Assembly (NCBI GenBank): GCA_902614375.1
Contig: CACMKZ010000002.1
Coordinates: forward strand, 14,477 to 78,476
DNA from: an uncultured Alphaproteobacteria bacterium
GTDB taxonomy: Bacteria; Pseudomonadota; Alphaproteobacteria; HIMB59; GCA-002718135
Length of the DNA: 64,000 bases
Reading direction: 5' to 3'
In this document: positions 35,449 through 45,212 of the stretch, one piece after another
Position numbering within the stretch: position 1 is the stretch's first letter
Layout of the letters: each line of letters starts with the position of its first letter
Made by a program: the position numbers and the translations under genes
Notes under the pieces: generated by a model
Databases searched by the model: none
Seen by the model: the letters and a program-made list of their open reading frames with translations, nothing else
Told to the model about the DNA's origin: nothing

Positions 35449-36760
35449 TTATAATTCTAGGTTCGAAAGGGTGTAGTTTTTCTAGGCGTTCAACTGCCCA
35501 AAGATTATCTTCAGTAACTTGATTCAAAGAATACATGCCCTCTACATCACCATTAATATCAAAGTCTAATGATCCTGACACACCTTCATAATTAATTTCG
35601 ACACCTCGAACAAGTAAAGCACGAGCAGCTTCCCAACTTCCCGGTCCCATTTTAATTCCTGGTGGATTTGCAACACTAACTAAACTTTTCGATAAATCTT
35701 CCTTTGCAATATTATTGTGTGCCTGATGCTGTAGTGCCAAAGCTGCTAGCATCATAGTGTCAAAACTTATAGCTGAGTAGGGAGAATTGGGATCAACGCC
35801 TGCATTCAACATAATATTTGCGTAAGTTTGAAATTCTTCTGAACTTTGTGAAGTTGCTTGGGCAACAATAGTTGTATTTTCGTTTAATTGAATTGGAATA
35901 TACGAATAAATTAAATCTTTAACTTCATTGGTTAACATACTATCAGAACCATAATGATGTTTAAAAATTCCTGAGGTTCCTAATTCTTGTAATCTGCTTA
36001 AAACAGTATTGGTAAACTGTTCAAGTAAATTGACTGTTCTCTCATTTCCATGAAGAAACATAACTAAACCTGGTTGATCATTCTCTATGGCAATATCAAC
36101 AAATGTATTGATGAAGTTTTGATTGATAACTGTTTTGTCTGTCAGTAAAGTATTAAATAACACTATACCTTCTTGCTCAGTGTAAACTTTTAAAAAATTT
36201 TGAGCCAGTGTAGAATTATAATTATCATCACCGTAAAGAAGAATTATTTCTCTGATATTCTTGGATAGAAGATAATTGGCAATAGAGGTTGATTGCTGAA
36301 TATCAGAAGGAATGGTTCTAAAAAATAGATCATTATCTTCAATTGTTGAAAGTAAAGGGTAACTTGCAGAAGAAGAGATCGTTAATATTTTTTCTGGAAT
36401 AGTAACTTTCTCTATTACTCTAACAGCACTTGTTGAGCACGTCGGTCCTAAAAGAATTTCAGGGTCATTTTTTTTTAAATAGTCATTTAAACTATCTTCT
36501 GTTTTTCTAGGATCACATCCTGAATCAATGCTATCAATAGAGATGAGGCCTCTTCCTACAATACCAATACCATCCGCATTAATTGTTTCTACAGCAACTC
36601 TTTTTGCTTCTGCAATTGACTCAGCAATTTCACTCACTGGGCCACTTTCTGCATAAAGGGCAGCAATTTTCACTTCTGCACTCACAAAAGTTGAGTAAAA
36701 TAATATGATCTTGAGGATAATTATCGTAAAAATTTTCATTATGTGAGATGTTTTTATCAT
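35441..36760 (-). CDS. Type-I periplasmic binding protein (Leu/Ile/Val-binding / ANF-receptor family), orphan
   Basis: 439 aa. Signal peptide (..FYSTFVSA-EV), KIAALY..SGP, GPTCSTS and LFFRTIPSD blocks of the Peripla_BP_6/ANF_receptor fold. No cognate permease or ATPase nearby. Confidence 0.75.
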   Translation of the reverse strand: MIKTSHIMKIFTIIILKIILFYSTFVSAEVKIAALYAESGPVSEIAESIAEAKRVAVETINADGIGIVGRGLISIDSIDSGCDPRKTEDSLNDYLKKNDPEILLGPTCSTSAVRVIEKVTIPEKILTISSSASYPLLSTIEDNDLFFRTIPSDIQQSTSIANYLLSKNIREIILLYGDDNYNSTLAQNFLKVYTEQEGIVLFNTLLTDKTVINQNFINTFVDIAIENDQPGLVMFLHGNERTVNLLEQFTNTVLSRLQELGTSGIFKHHYGSDSMLTNEVKDLIYSYIPIQLNENTTIVAQATSQSSEEFQTYANIMLNAGVDPNSPYSAISFDTMMLAALALQHQAHNNIAKEDLSKSLVSVANPPGIKMGPGSWEAARALLVRGVEINYEGVSGSLDFDINGDVEGMYSLNQVTEDNLWAVERLEKLHPFEPRIIID

Positions 36761-36766
36761 AAATTT

Positions 36767-38449
36767 TTAGAATGAAAATGTGGTATTAAGTAAATACACA
36801 GGTCTAGAAGTAGTTCCCTCAATACTTTTATCAGCTTCTGCTACTTCAAAACTAATATCAAGGCTGTTAGAATTAAGAGGAATTTTAATTTTAACACCGT
36901 ACCCTCCACTTGCTACTTCTGTTCGGCTGAACTCACCTGATGCTGGTCGTTTATAGTAGGTAGCACCAACACCGAGATGGATGTAAGGTTCAATACGTAT
37001 AGACTCTTCCCTTTTATCTTCGTCATCTTCTGAAAAAGGATACAAGGGCCTACTCAATTCTGTTCGCAAAAACAAGCCTTGATCACCAGACATATTACCT
37101 GATTCAAAACCAGACATTTGTCCTGGTCCTGTTATATTTATTTGTTCTGAATTGATTAAACCTCTATCGCTAACAAGTTTTTGAAAAACAAAACGTGTAT
37201 TCAATAAATACTCTCTAAATATTTGCCTATTCAAATTAATATCACTATTCCATTTTATAAAATTTAACGTGGAACCAACACGGGATAATGTTTTTGTATC
37301 AGCTGTTTTGTTTGTATAGATGGGAGTGCCAAACTTTAAAACTGAACTACCTTTAAGCGAGAAAGAATCTAAGAAAGATAAGTTAGTGGTTGTATATTTT
37401 AACTCTAGAGCATTGTATTCATCATAAAAGGTATCATTTGTGAGGAAAGATAATGTTCGATGTTCTCTTTCCTTAATCCATTGCCAATCTAATGAAAGGT
37501 TATTTTTTATGAGCCGCGTATTTTTTATTTGATATTCAAGACCAAGGTTAATTTTTTTAAATTCCCCTTTTTTATTTAAACCTTTAGGTTCTGAATAAGA
37601 TTCATTAACAGCACCAAAAATAGAAAAGTCTGAGGCAAGAAGTGGTACTTTACCACCAACAAGATATGCTTCTCGAAAATCTGTTCGTTTAATAATTTCT
37701 GTTTCATCAATTGGAACATTAACACCATTTTCAGGATCTAAGACGTAGGCTGCATAAAGATTTTCACCATAACCAAAAGGGCTATTAAAACTTAGGTAAG
37801 AGGTGAACTGATCTTTTCCTGCTGTTTCTGATAATCCATTTGAATAGGTAAAATAACCACTTACTAATTCGTGTTCAGCATTTAGTTGTAGTGAAGATGT
37901 TCCAGGTTCTTCTCCTGCCTTAATTGTTGTTTCTAAATCAACACCTGGTAATTCTCGTGATTTAATGATTGATTTTTCAATAGCAGGATATTCTAACCCT
38001 TTAATACCAACGAGTTTATCGAAATATTTCTTTATTGGTTTTGAAATACGTTTATCTAATTGTGAGTAATCAATTGATTCAATTTTACCAGGAAAAACAA
38101 TAGCTTTTATTTTAGTATTTTGTTCAATCGTTTGAGGTGGAACAATAAAACGCGTTAAAAAATATCCATTTAAAACGTACAATTGCTCTAATGCAATCAG
38201 TAAATTATAAAAATCTTTTAATGTTATTGTTTTAAAAATTTTTGAGCTAAATAAATTTTTACGAAACTCAATCATGTCTTCGATTTCATTTTCAATTTCA
38301 ATTCCAACAAAATTAAATGAAATATTTTCTGCTCCAGGTGGTACGACCAAACCTGTTTCATAAACAATATAATTACCAGTATTTGTCAAACCAGGATATG
38401 ACATGAATGAAATAGAAATAAAAAAGATAAAAGATAAAAAATATCGCAT
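36767..38449 (-). CDS. TpsB outer-membrane transporter (ShlB/FhaC/HecB family, Omp85 superfamily)
   Basis: 560 aa. Signal peptide, POTRA-like N-region (..FPGKIESIDY.., ..ELPGVDLETTIKAGEEPGTSSLQL..), then a long beta-strand-rich C-domain ending in the aromatic OMP signature ...LLNTTFSF. Directly follows tpsA. Confidence 0.85.
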   Translation of the reverse strand: MRYFLSFIFFISISFMSYPGLTNTGNYIVYETGLVVPPGAENISFNFVGIEIENEIEDMIEFRKNLFSSKIFKTITLKDFYNLLIALEQLYVLNGYFLTRFIVPPQTIEQNTKIKAIVFPGKIESIDYSQLDKRISKPIKKYFDKLVGIKGLEYPAIEKSIIKSRELPGVDLETTIKAGEEPGTSSLQLNAEHELVSGYFTYSNGLSETAGKDQFTSYLSFNSPFGYGENLYAAYVLDPENGVNVPIDETEIIKRTDFREAYLVGGKVPLLASDFSIFGAVNESYSEPKGLNKKGEFKKINLGLEYQIKNTRLIKNNLSLDWQWIKEREHRTLSFLTNDTFYDEYNALELKYTTTNLSFLDSFSLKGSSVLKFGTPIYTNKTADTKTLSRVGSTLNFIKWNSDINLNRQIFREYLLNTRFVFQKLVSDRGLINSEQINITGPGQMSGFESGNMSGDQGLFLRTELSRPLYPFSEDDEDKREESIRIEPYIHLGVGATYYKRPASGEFSRTEVASGGYGVKIKIPLNSNSLDISFEVAEADKSIEGTTSRPVYLLNTTFSF

Positions 38450-41400
38450 TTATAGTCTTTGAATACTAAGCGCGTCTACCTGAGGAAAAGATGTAATAAA
38501 TTCATTTTGTATTAGTGCTGCATTAGATGCACCATCAACAGATATAAAAGACACAATTCGAGATACGTCATCGAAAACATCTTTATTTATTTTTTCTTGA
38601 ACAACAATTTTTTCTTTTTCTTCATCTGGTGCTACTCCTGGAAGTGGCGGAGTTTTAGAACCACTAAGAATGTTAGCAAGTTGAACCGTTTCTAAAGGTC
38701 CATTTGAATCTTCAATTGTAATACTACCTGAAGTAAACCCTGAGAGTTGATAATTGATTGGAACCTCTTTATTATTTTCAACATCTGCTGTTAAAAAACT
38801 ACCAGAGGAATTTAAAGAAAGATCAGTACCTGTTAAATTTAAACCTGATATTGTTCCTCCACTAACTGTAGCTGATGTAGTTCCATCATATGTCTTATCG
38901 TCAGCGCTAGCCCCTGATATTGAAAAATTATCTGAAATTAGAGTACCTGTGGTAGCAGTGACATTAGATAGATTTATATTTCCCATACTAGCATTGGTTA
39001 ATGTACCGCCATCTAAAAGTTTTATAGTTAAATCATCTGCTGTTAAGCTTGCAGAACTAGCAACAACATCTCCTACTCCAGCATCTCTATCACTATCAGA
39101 AACATTGTTAGTATTTGTGTCACTTGCAATAATTTCTAGATCTGCTGCTGTATTGATATTGCTGTTAATATTAACATCCCTTCCGGCATGAAGATTTAAA
39201 TTTCCAGTTCCTGTAACAGTAATAGCAGAACTAATGGTAATATCTGTATTTGCTTGAAGGGTAACTTCAACGCCGTTATTTAAAAATTCCTCTAATTCTG
39301 TTATGTTGATAACCACATCATCACTTGCAAAATCTGTGTAAGATGTTGCCCCTTGCATGATTGTATCAGACCATAAATATACTGCTCCCGCATCTGTTCC
39401 ATCAACGTCATCATTACCAAGTCCATCATCCCTAGTTGCTCCTACAGCCATTAATGTTCCTGTATCATCCATAGCTATACTGTTTGGAAATTCATCAGCA
39501 TCTTCTAGTCCGTGAGTCGTAGCATTAAGCGTATTACTACCAGTTTGACCAAGTCCTATAGTAAATTGTAAACTTGCTCCATTTAAAGATGTATCCTGAA
39601 AACCAAATACATGTACATCATCCGTATCATGGTGACCAATTGCTAGTCGATTTCCATCACCATCAATAGCTACCTGACCTGCCTTAAAACCAGAAATTCC
39701 TGATGTATCGTAATCTTTTCCACCATTACCCTCATATTTATTTCCTATAGATGCAACATAGTCAGGAGTGCTAAAATTATCACCAAAGGTGAAAAGGTGC
39801 ACTGCACCTGTATCAGTATAATTGCCATCAAAACCATCATCTTTATGCGTTCCAACAGCTAAAATTTTACCATCCTTTGTTAATGCAATATGACTAGCAA
39901 AATTGTCATTATTATCTAAAATTGCACTTATATTTTCATTATTATTTCCTGTATAACCAGATCCTATTGTGCCGACATGATTAGGATTATCAAAATCGGT
40001 ATTACTAAATCTAATTAAATGAACTGCACCTGCATTTGTTGCGGTATCATCATATCCATCATCTCTTTGAGCGCCAACAACAAGACCTGATCCATCATCA
40101 GTTAAAGCCACTGAGGTAAATAAATCACCGTCATCTAAAGTACTTATTGATAGATTGTGTTCGTTATCTGAGGGATAACTTCTTCCAATTGTACCGACAT
40201 GTTCAGGAGTACTAAAATTATCACCAAATGTTACTAAATAGACAGATCCTGTTTCTACTGCTCCTGTAGTAGTTTTATATCCTGAAAAAGCTAATCTGTC
40301 ACCGTCTCCATCTAAAGCTACTCGCCATGCTCTTTCATTATTTGCTAGAGAATTTATATCTAAATTGTTGGACCCTGTATAACCTTTTCCAATTTTTCCT
40401 TTAAATTCTGGGGTAGAAAAATTTGTATCAGCAAATGTAAATAAATATACTGCTCCAGTATTTGTTTGGAGGTCGTCACTTCCATCATCATAAGTTGATG
40501 TTACAGCCATTCTATCTCCATCACGATCGAGAGATATACCTCTACCAAATTGGTCATTACTATCTAGTTGATCATCAATATCTAAATTACTAGCACCATA
40601 TCCACTACCAACGATTCCATAAATTTCACCACTGCTGAAAGCATCATCATCAAATTTAATAAGCATCACTTCACCACTTTTAGATTGTGTATTACTATTT
40701 CCGCTTGCAAGCATACCTGAAATTACAAGACGACTGCCCGTTTCATTCAAATCTACACCATCTCCAAAAAGATCTTTAGCATCCATATACGCACTTAAAT
40801 CAACATTTTTACCACCACTATACCCATCACCTATTGTTGCTACATAAGATGCTGATGCTAAATTATCAGTTAAATTATATAAATGTACACCACCAGGCTT
40901 GGTAGTACCACCCTCAGATAACTTGTCGTTAAAGCTAACAGCTAAACGATTAGCATCTTTATCAAACGCCACTGATTTACCTAAAACATCTTGTGATCCA
41001 AGTGTTTCTGTGTGTTCACTATCATCACTCGTATCTAGATAATCGTAACCATACCCAATTGTTCCAACATAAGTAGCTGTTCCCGTTTCAGCAGAAACAA
41101 CACTACCGTCTTTCATAAATTTAAATAAATTAACTGCTCCCGCATTTGTTGCATTATTACCTTTACCATCATCAAATATCCTTGATGCTGCAAGTAAAGA
41201 TCCTTCATGATTTAACGTTACACTCCAACCAAGACGATCTCTTCTGTTTAACTTTAAATCGGTTTCACTTTCTGTATCAAAATCCTGTGAAAATGATGCA
41301 CAAGTGCTATTTGCATAACAATCAGAACCTGTATTATATGTATAGCCATGACCAATTCGAGATTTAACTTCACCACCTTTAAAATCTGAATTTAAGGAAA

Positions 41401-43690
41401 TCATAAAAACTGAACCAGAGTCATCTCTTTCTGACCCTCCCTCCGAATAACCATGGTCACCATAACTACCGACTGCCAAAACATCAGCATCACCATCTAG
41501 AGCTACACTTACTCCAAATAAATCAGATACCTCAATAACAGGAGCATTATTATCTCCCTGACTCAATAAATTTATATCGTTAGAACCAGTATAACCAGCA
41601 CCTATTGTGCCTACGTGTTCACCACCTGCGTATGATGTATCACTAAAAGTAATTAAATAAACTGCACCTGCATTTTTATAATCACCATCATAACCATCAT
41701 CACCCGTTGCTCCAATTGCTAGTCGTTTTCCTGTGCTATCAAAAGATACAGATCGTCCAAATTTATCATCTTTACCTATAGTGCTGATATTTATATTAAG
41801 ACCTCCGGTATATCCTTTTCCTATACGACCCATGAGTGTAGCATTTGTAAAATCGCCATCATCAAATTTATACAAATATACTTCTCCAGATGATGATGAT
41901 TGATTTGAAGATCCTTTACCGTGCCTTGCTCCAACTACCATTAAAGTAGCATCATCACTAATGCTAACATCTGATCCAAAATTATCATCTATTTCTAGAT
42001 TTCCTTCATTTAGATTTCCATCTAGTAATGTATCTACGTAATCGTGTCCAATCAAACCACGATAGATCCAATTCTGTGATGTTACGCCTGTTCCTACAGT
42101 TATATTTTTTGGATCAAGTAATAAATGACCACCGTCTGATATATTGACATTTGATAAGCCCACATGACGTAAGGTATCTTTAGAAGAAATTTCAACCGCA
42201 CCACCTATTGTTCCTGTTGCAAGAATATTTCCAAGCATGGTTGTTTCTTGATCACTCCAAATAATAGCGGTACCGGCTTTTCCATTTGAGGATGAAATAT
42301 CAATCCTAGAACCGTCCGAGACTAAAACTGTTTTTGCATTTGTGAGCGATCGTCTTTCACCCCATCTATCAACAAAAACATTTTGTTGTTCTGCAGTTCT
42401 TGTTAAATTATTATTGCCTTGAAACTCTCCACCAATACGAACTAAACCACCTTGGGTATTGCCTGCAACATCAATCTTAGAAGATAATAATCGAATATAC
42501 CCCTCTGATTCTAAGTCAATGTATCCACCTTGTTGATTACCTTTTGCGGAAACTGAACCAGAAGACATAATATTTGGTGCGGATAAAAGAATATCACCAC
42601 CATTGGTATTTCCTGATGAATTAATTTCACTGCCGTAACTTTGAACAATTTTATACTCAGATTTAATATTTATATCACCGCCATCATTACTAGTAGAAGA
42701 AGCATTTAAATTGCCTCCCAAAGAAATTTCTCCAGAACTATTTAAATTTATTGCGCCTGCATTTGTTCCAGATACATCAACTTCTCCTCCAAAAGATAAA
42801 AAGTCTCCTTCAACATTAATGTTGCCACCCTCTTTTGCCGTTAAGTTTCCTGCAACAACAATGTCACTTCCACTACCAAGAGTAATGACACCGTTTTGTT
42901 GTGAAGCCGTAGTTGCAACAAGATTACCGGGAATGTTAACAGCACGCTGAACAACATTTTTGGCAGCACCAACATCAATGTCTATTCTATTTGCCGTTGA
43001 TGTTCCTGCATGATTGATTATGGTATTTAATTCTTCTGCATTTTGATCGAGTAATGTTATCGCTTCACTAAATGGAATGCTTACTTGTAAAAATTTATCA
43101 CCACTCAAGTCTAACGTAATTTCTTTTCCAGCCCCTATGCCAATTTTACCAAGATTAGCATTAATCGTACCTTCATTATTAATAGCGCCACCTAAGAGAG
43201 CAGTAAAACCTCCATCCAAAGTAGTAATTGAACCTTTATGAATAATAGAAGAAAAAATATTATTTACATTATCTGCTTTAAATAAAAATCTATTATTGAG
43301 AAAATCATCATTGGATAAAGCCAGCGTGGAGGCAGCAAAGGAATGCGCATTGATTGTCGACGTGGGTGTAAAGTAAACGCCGTTTTCATTCACCACAAAA
43401 ACTTTACCATTGGCATTTAGTACACCAGCAAGCGTTGTTGGATTTCCAGAGACAACTCTATTTAAAGCACTTGCATTAACAGAAGGTTGATTAAAAGTAA
43501 CTGTATTATTTTCTCCAATGTTAAAACTATTCCATTCTATGATAGCTTGGTCTGATTGCTGTTGAATTGTCAGCGTCTGATCATCAGTAGTAAGTGAAAC
43601 ATCACCTGATATCGTTGTACTTCCACTCGGTAATTCAGCAAATAAATGAAGTGAATAAAAAAAGAATAAAATAATTACAAATACTCTCAT
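38450..43690 (-). CDS. TpsA-type giant exoprotein: TPS secretion domain + beta-helix + about 12 FG-GAP repeats + YDG module
   Basis: 1746 aa. Signal peptide, then TPS (haemagglutination-activity) domain IIEWNSFNIGENNTVTFNQP...LNRVVSGNPTTLAGVLNANGKVFVVNENGVYF. Gly-rich helix repeats end in GGAVEISSK...GHLLLDPKNITVG. The FG-GAP array spans aa 568-1442. A KTYDGTTSATV module sits near aa 1600. Confidence 0.9.
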   Translation of the reverse strand: MRVFVIILFFFYSLHLFAELPSGSTTISGDVSLTTDDQTLTIQQQSDQAIIEWNSFNIGENNTVTFNQPSVNASALNRVVSGNPTTLAGVLNANGKVFVVNENGVYFTPTSTINAHSFAASTLALSNDDFLNNRFLFKADNVNNIFSSIIHKGSITTLDGGFTALLGGAINNEGTINANLGKIGIGAGKEITLDLSGDKFLQVSIPFSEAITLLDQNAEELNTIINHAGTSTANRIDIDVGAAKNVVQRAVNIPGNLVATTASQQNGVITLGSGSDIVVAGNLTAKEGGNINVEGDFLSFGGEVDVSGTNAGAINLNSSGEISLGGNLNASSTSNDGGDINIKSEYKIVQSYGSEINSSGNTNGGDILLSAPNIMSSGSVSAKGNQQGGYIDLESEGYIRLLSSKIDVAGNTQGGLVRIGGEFQGNNNLTRTAEQQNVFVDRWGERRSLTNAKTVLVSDGSRIDISSSNGKAGTAIIWSDQETTMLGNILATGTIGGAVEISSKDTLRHVGLSNVNISDGGHLLLDPKNITVGTGVTSQNWIYRGLIGHDYVDTLLDGNLNEGNLEIDDNFGSDVSISDDATLMVVGARHGKGSSNQSSSSGEVYLYKFDDGDFTNATLMGRIGKGYTGGLNINISTIGKDDKFGRSVSFDSTGKRLAIGATGDDGYDGDYKNAGAVYLITFSDTSYAGGEHVGTIGAGYTGSNDINLLSQGDNNAPVIEVSDLFGVSVALDGDADVLAVGSYGDHGYSEGGSERDDSGSVFMISLNSDFKGGEVKSRIGHGYTYNTGSDCYANSTCASFSQDFDTESETDLKLNRRDRLGWSVTLNHEGSLLAASRIFDDGKGNNATNAGAVNLFKFMKDGSVVSAETGTATYVGTIGYGYDYLDTSDDSEHTETLGSQDVLGKSVAFDKDANRLAVSFNDKLSEGGTTKPGGVHLYNLTDNLASASYVATIGDGYSGGKNVDLSAYMDAKDLFGDGVDLNETGSRLVISGMLASGNSNTQSKSGEVMLIKFDDDAFSSGEIYGIVGSGYGASNLDIDDQLDSNDQFGRGISLDRDGDRMAVTSTYDDGSDDLQTNTGAVYLFTFADTNFSTPEFKGKIGKGYTGSNNLDINSLANNERAWRVALDGDGDRLAFSGYKTTTGAVETGSVYLVTFGDNFSTPEHVGTIGRSYPSDNEHNLSISTLDDGDLFTSVALTDDGSGLVVGAQRDDGYDDTATNAGAVHLIRFSNTDFDNPNHVGTIGSGYTGNNNENISAILDNNDNFASHIALTKDGKILAVGTHKDDGFDGNYTDTGAVHLFTFGDNFSTPDYVASIGNKYEGNGGKDYDTSGISGFKAGQVAIDGDGNRLAIGHHDTDDVHVFGFQDTSLNGASLQFTIGLGQTGSNTLNATTHGLEDADEFPNSIAMDDTGTLMAVGATRDDGLGNDDVDGTDAGAVYLWSDTIMQGATSYTDFASDDVVINITELEEFLNNGVEVTLQANTDITISSAITVTGTGNLNLHAGRDVNINSNINTAADLEIIASDTNTNNVSDSDRDAGVGDVVASSASLTADDLTIKLLDGGTLTNASMGNINLSNVTATTGTLISDNFSISGASADDKTYDGTTSATVSGGTISGLNLTGTDLSLNSSGSFLTADVENNKEVPINYQLSGFTSGSITIEDSNGPLETVQLANILSGSKTPPLPGVAPDEEKEKIVVQEKINKDVFDDVSRIVSFISVDGASNAALIQNEFITSFPQVDALSIQRL
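39365..41989 (-). repeat. Protein-level array of about 12 FG-GAP (integrin-alpha-like) units, period about 70 aa, inside tpsA
   Basis: The recurring unit has three parts. First, (D/N)xFGxSV(A/S).D.(D/T)G.RLA(V/I)GA. Second, ..DDG....NAGAVYLFTF. Third, the linker ..(H/Y)VGTIG.GYTG.N. Examples are DDKFGRSVSFDSTGKRLAIGATGDDGYDGDYKNAGAVYLITF and NDQFGRGISLDRDGDRMAVTSTYDDGSDDLQTNTGAVYLFTF. The units are diverged, so there is no nucleotide-level tandem repeat. Confidence 0.75.
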
Positions 43691-43781
43691 AATAATGTTT
43701 ATCGCCTTTTAAAAATTTAGACCAAATTTTTGATATTATTTATATATGTTTTAAAAAAAATATAGGTATTTTCTCAGTTTT

Positions 43782-45095
43782 TTAGGTGATGCGTTGATAA
43801 ATTTTACCTAAATAAGAAAATAAAGTCAAAGCTCTGGCAATAAAGAAGATGCAGAGTGATAACCATAAGCCTGTATTACCAAAACTTGCTATTAAAAAAA
43901 AAGAAGCGACAATATAAATCACCACAGATACTATCATTGCGTTTCGCAGTTCTGTTGTTTGGGATGCACCTACAAAAATACCATCAAATTGAAAACAGAA
44001 AGAGGAAATAAAAGGAATAATAACAATCCAATATGCATAGGAAAAACAGATATCTCTAATCTCGGACAAATCAGTCATGGCAATAATAAAGTAATGATTA
44101 CCAAAGAAAAAAATAACACATATTAATAAAGCTGTAGAAGCACTTAAAATAAAAGAATTTTTAATAACGTCTTTTAATAAACGTAAATTTTTAGAGCCAA
44201 TAGAATATCCAACAATACCCTCTGTTGAAAATGCATAGGCATCAAGAATAAACGCAGATAGCATCGTTAGATTAAGCAATATTGTGTTTGCAGCAACCGT
44301 CTCCTCACTAATAGAATTGCCAAGATAGGTAAAATATAAGAAAGCAAATGTAAGAAGAATAGATCGGATAAATATATTAAAATTAATATTAAAAATATTT
44401 TTAATTTTTTTAAAGTTAAAAATCTTTTGTTTATTATATTCTAACTGAGCAAACTTATTTAAATCAAAAAAAGTATAAAATAAAAAAATAATTGTAGTCA
44501 GAGAAGAAGAGACTAAAGTACCAAGAGCAACACCCTGAACATTCAAATTTAAATATAAAACAAAAAATAAGCTAAAGAGTATATTTGTAATAGAAAAGAA
44601 ACCAATAATGATACTTGATGTTTTTGTTTTCTGTAAACCAATAAACAATCCTGTAATAACAAAAATAGTAAGCTCTCCAAATGAGGAATAAATACGAAGA
44701 TTAAAATAGTCTTTAAAATATTTTTTTGTTTCTAATGATAGTTCAAATATAGATAATGATATTTGAAATATATATCTCTGAAAAATAATAAGTAGTAAGG
44801 AAATAATAATTACAAAAGAAATATTTCGTAAAAATATATTTATAATTTCCTGATAATCTTTTGATCCATAAGCTTGAGCTACCATGCCGACCGTACCCAT
44901 GCGCAGGAAGCCAAAACTCCAGAAAATCATCGAAAAAACACTTGCTGCAATACTGGTAGCAACCAAGTAACTAGCATTATCAAGATTGCCCATTAGTCCT
45001 GTGTCAACAATAGCAACTAAAGGAATAGCTAAGTTTGCAAAAAATATTGGAATAGAAAGTTTAATTATATTTTTGATAGAAGATTTAAAGGACAT
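43782..45095 (-). CDS. MATE-family efflux transporter
   Basis: 437 aa, about 12 TM spans. The N-terminal IPIFFANLAIPLVAIVDTGLMGNL block is typical of MATE (NorM/DinF) proteins. Confidence 0.8.
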   Translation of the reverse strand: MSFKSSIKNIIKLSIPIFFANLAIPLVAIVDTGLMGNLDNASYLVATSIAASVFSMIFWSFGFLRMGTVGMVAQAYGSKDYQEIINIFLRNISFVIIISLLLIIFQRYIFQISLSIFELSLETKKYFKDYFNLRIYSSFGELTIFVITGLFIGLQKTKTSSIIIGFFSITNILFSLFFVLYLNLNVQGVALGTLVSSSLTTIIFLFYTFFDLNKFAQLEYNKQKIFNFKKIKNIFNINFNIFIRSILLTFAFLYFTYLGNSISEETVAANTILLNLTMLSAFILDAYAFSTEGIVGYSIGSKNLRLLKDVIKNSFILSASTALLICVIFFFGNHYFIIAMTDLSEIRDICFSYAYWIVIIPFISSFCFQFDGIFVGASQTTELRNAMIVSVVIYIVASFFLIASFGNTGLWLSLCIFFIARALTLFSYLGKIYQRIT

Positions 45096-45212
45096 TATAA
45101 ATTTAGATTTTTATTAGTAAAATTTGATAATAAACTATTTATCCAATCACTAAAGTAACAAATTATTCACTATCTTTATTAATCAAATCTTATAAAGCAT
45201 TACATACTTTAA

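Noticed and set aside
38450-38760. Contact-dependent-inhibition (CdiA-type) toxin tip and immunity gene at the TpsA C-terminus.
   Set aside because: There is no VENN-like demarcation motif and no small immunity ORF after tpsA (tpsB follows with 0 nt). The C-terminal region looks like a YDG module plus a short tail rather than a nuclease or pore toxin.
38754-39191. 145-aa plus-strand ORF (and 41146-41367, 42711-42950) antisense to tpsA.
   Set aside because: It is the mirror reading of the Gly/Thr/Ser/Asp-rich tpsA frame (P/S/V/A-rich product). There is no independent evidence for it, and tpsA coding is continuous across it.
39365-41989. Nucleotide-level tandem repeat, CRISPR-like or phase-variable array inside tpsA.
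   Set aside because: The periodicity exists only at the protein level, and the units are strongly diverged. I saw no long identical DNA repeats or simple-sequence tracts.
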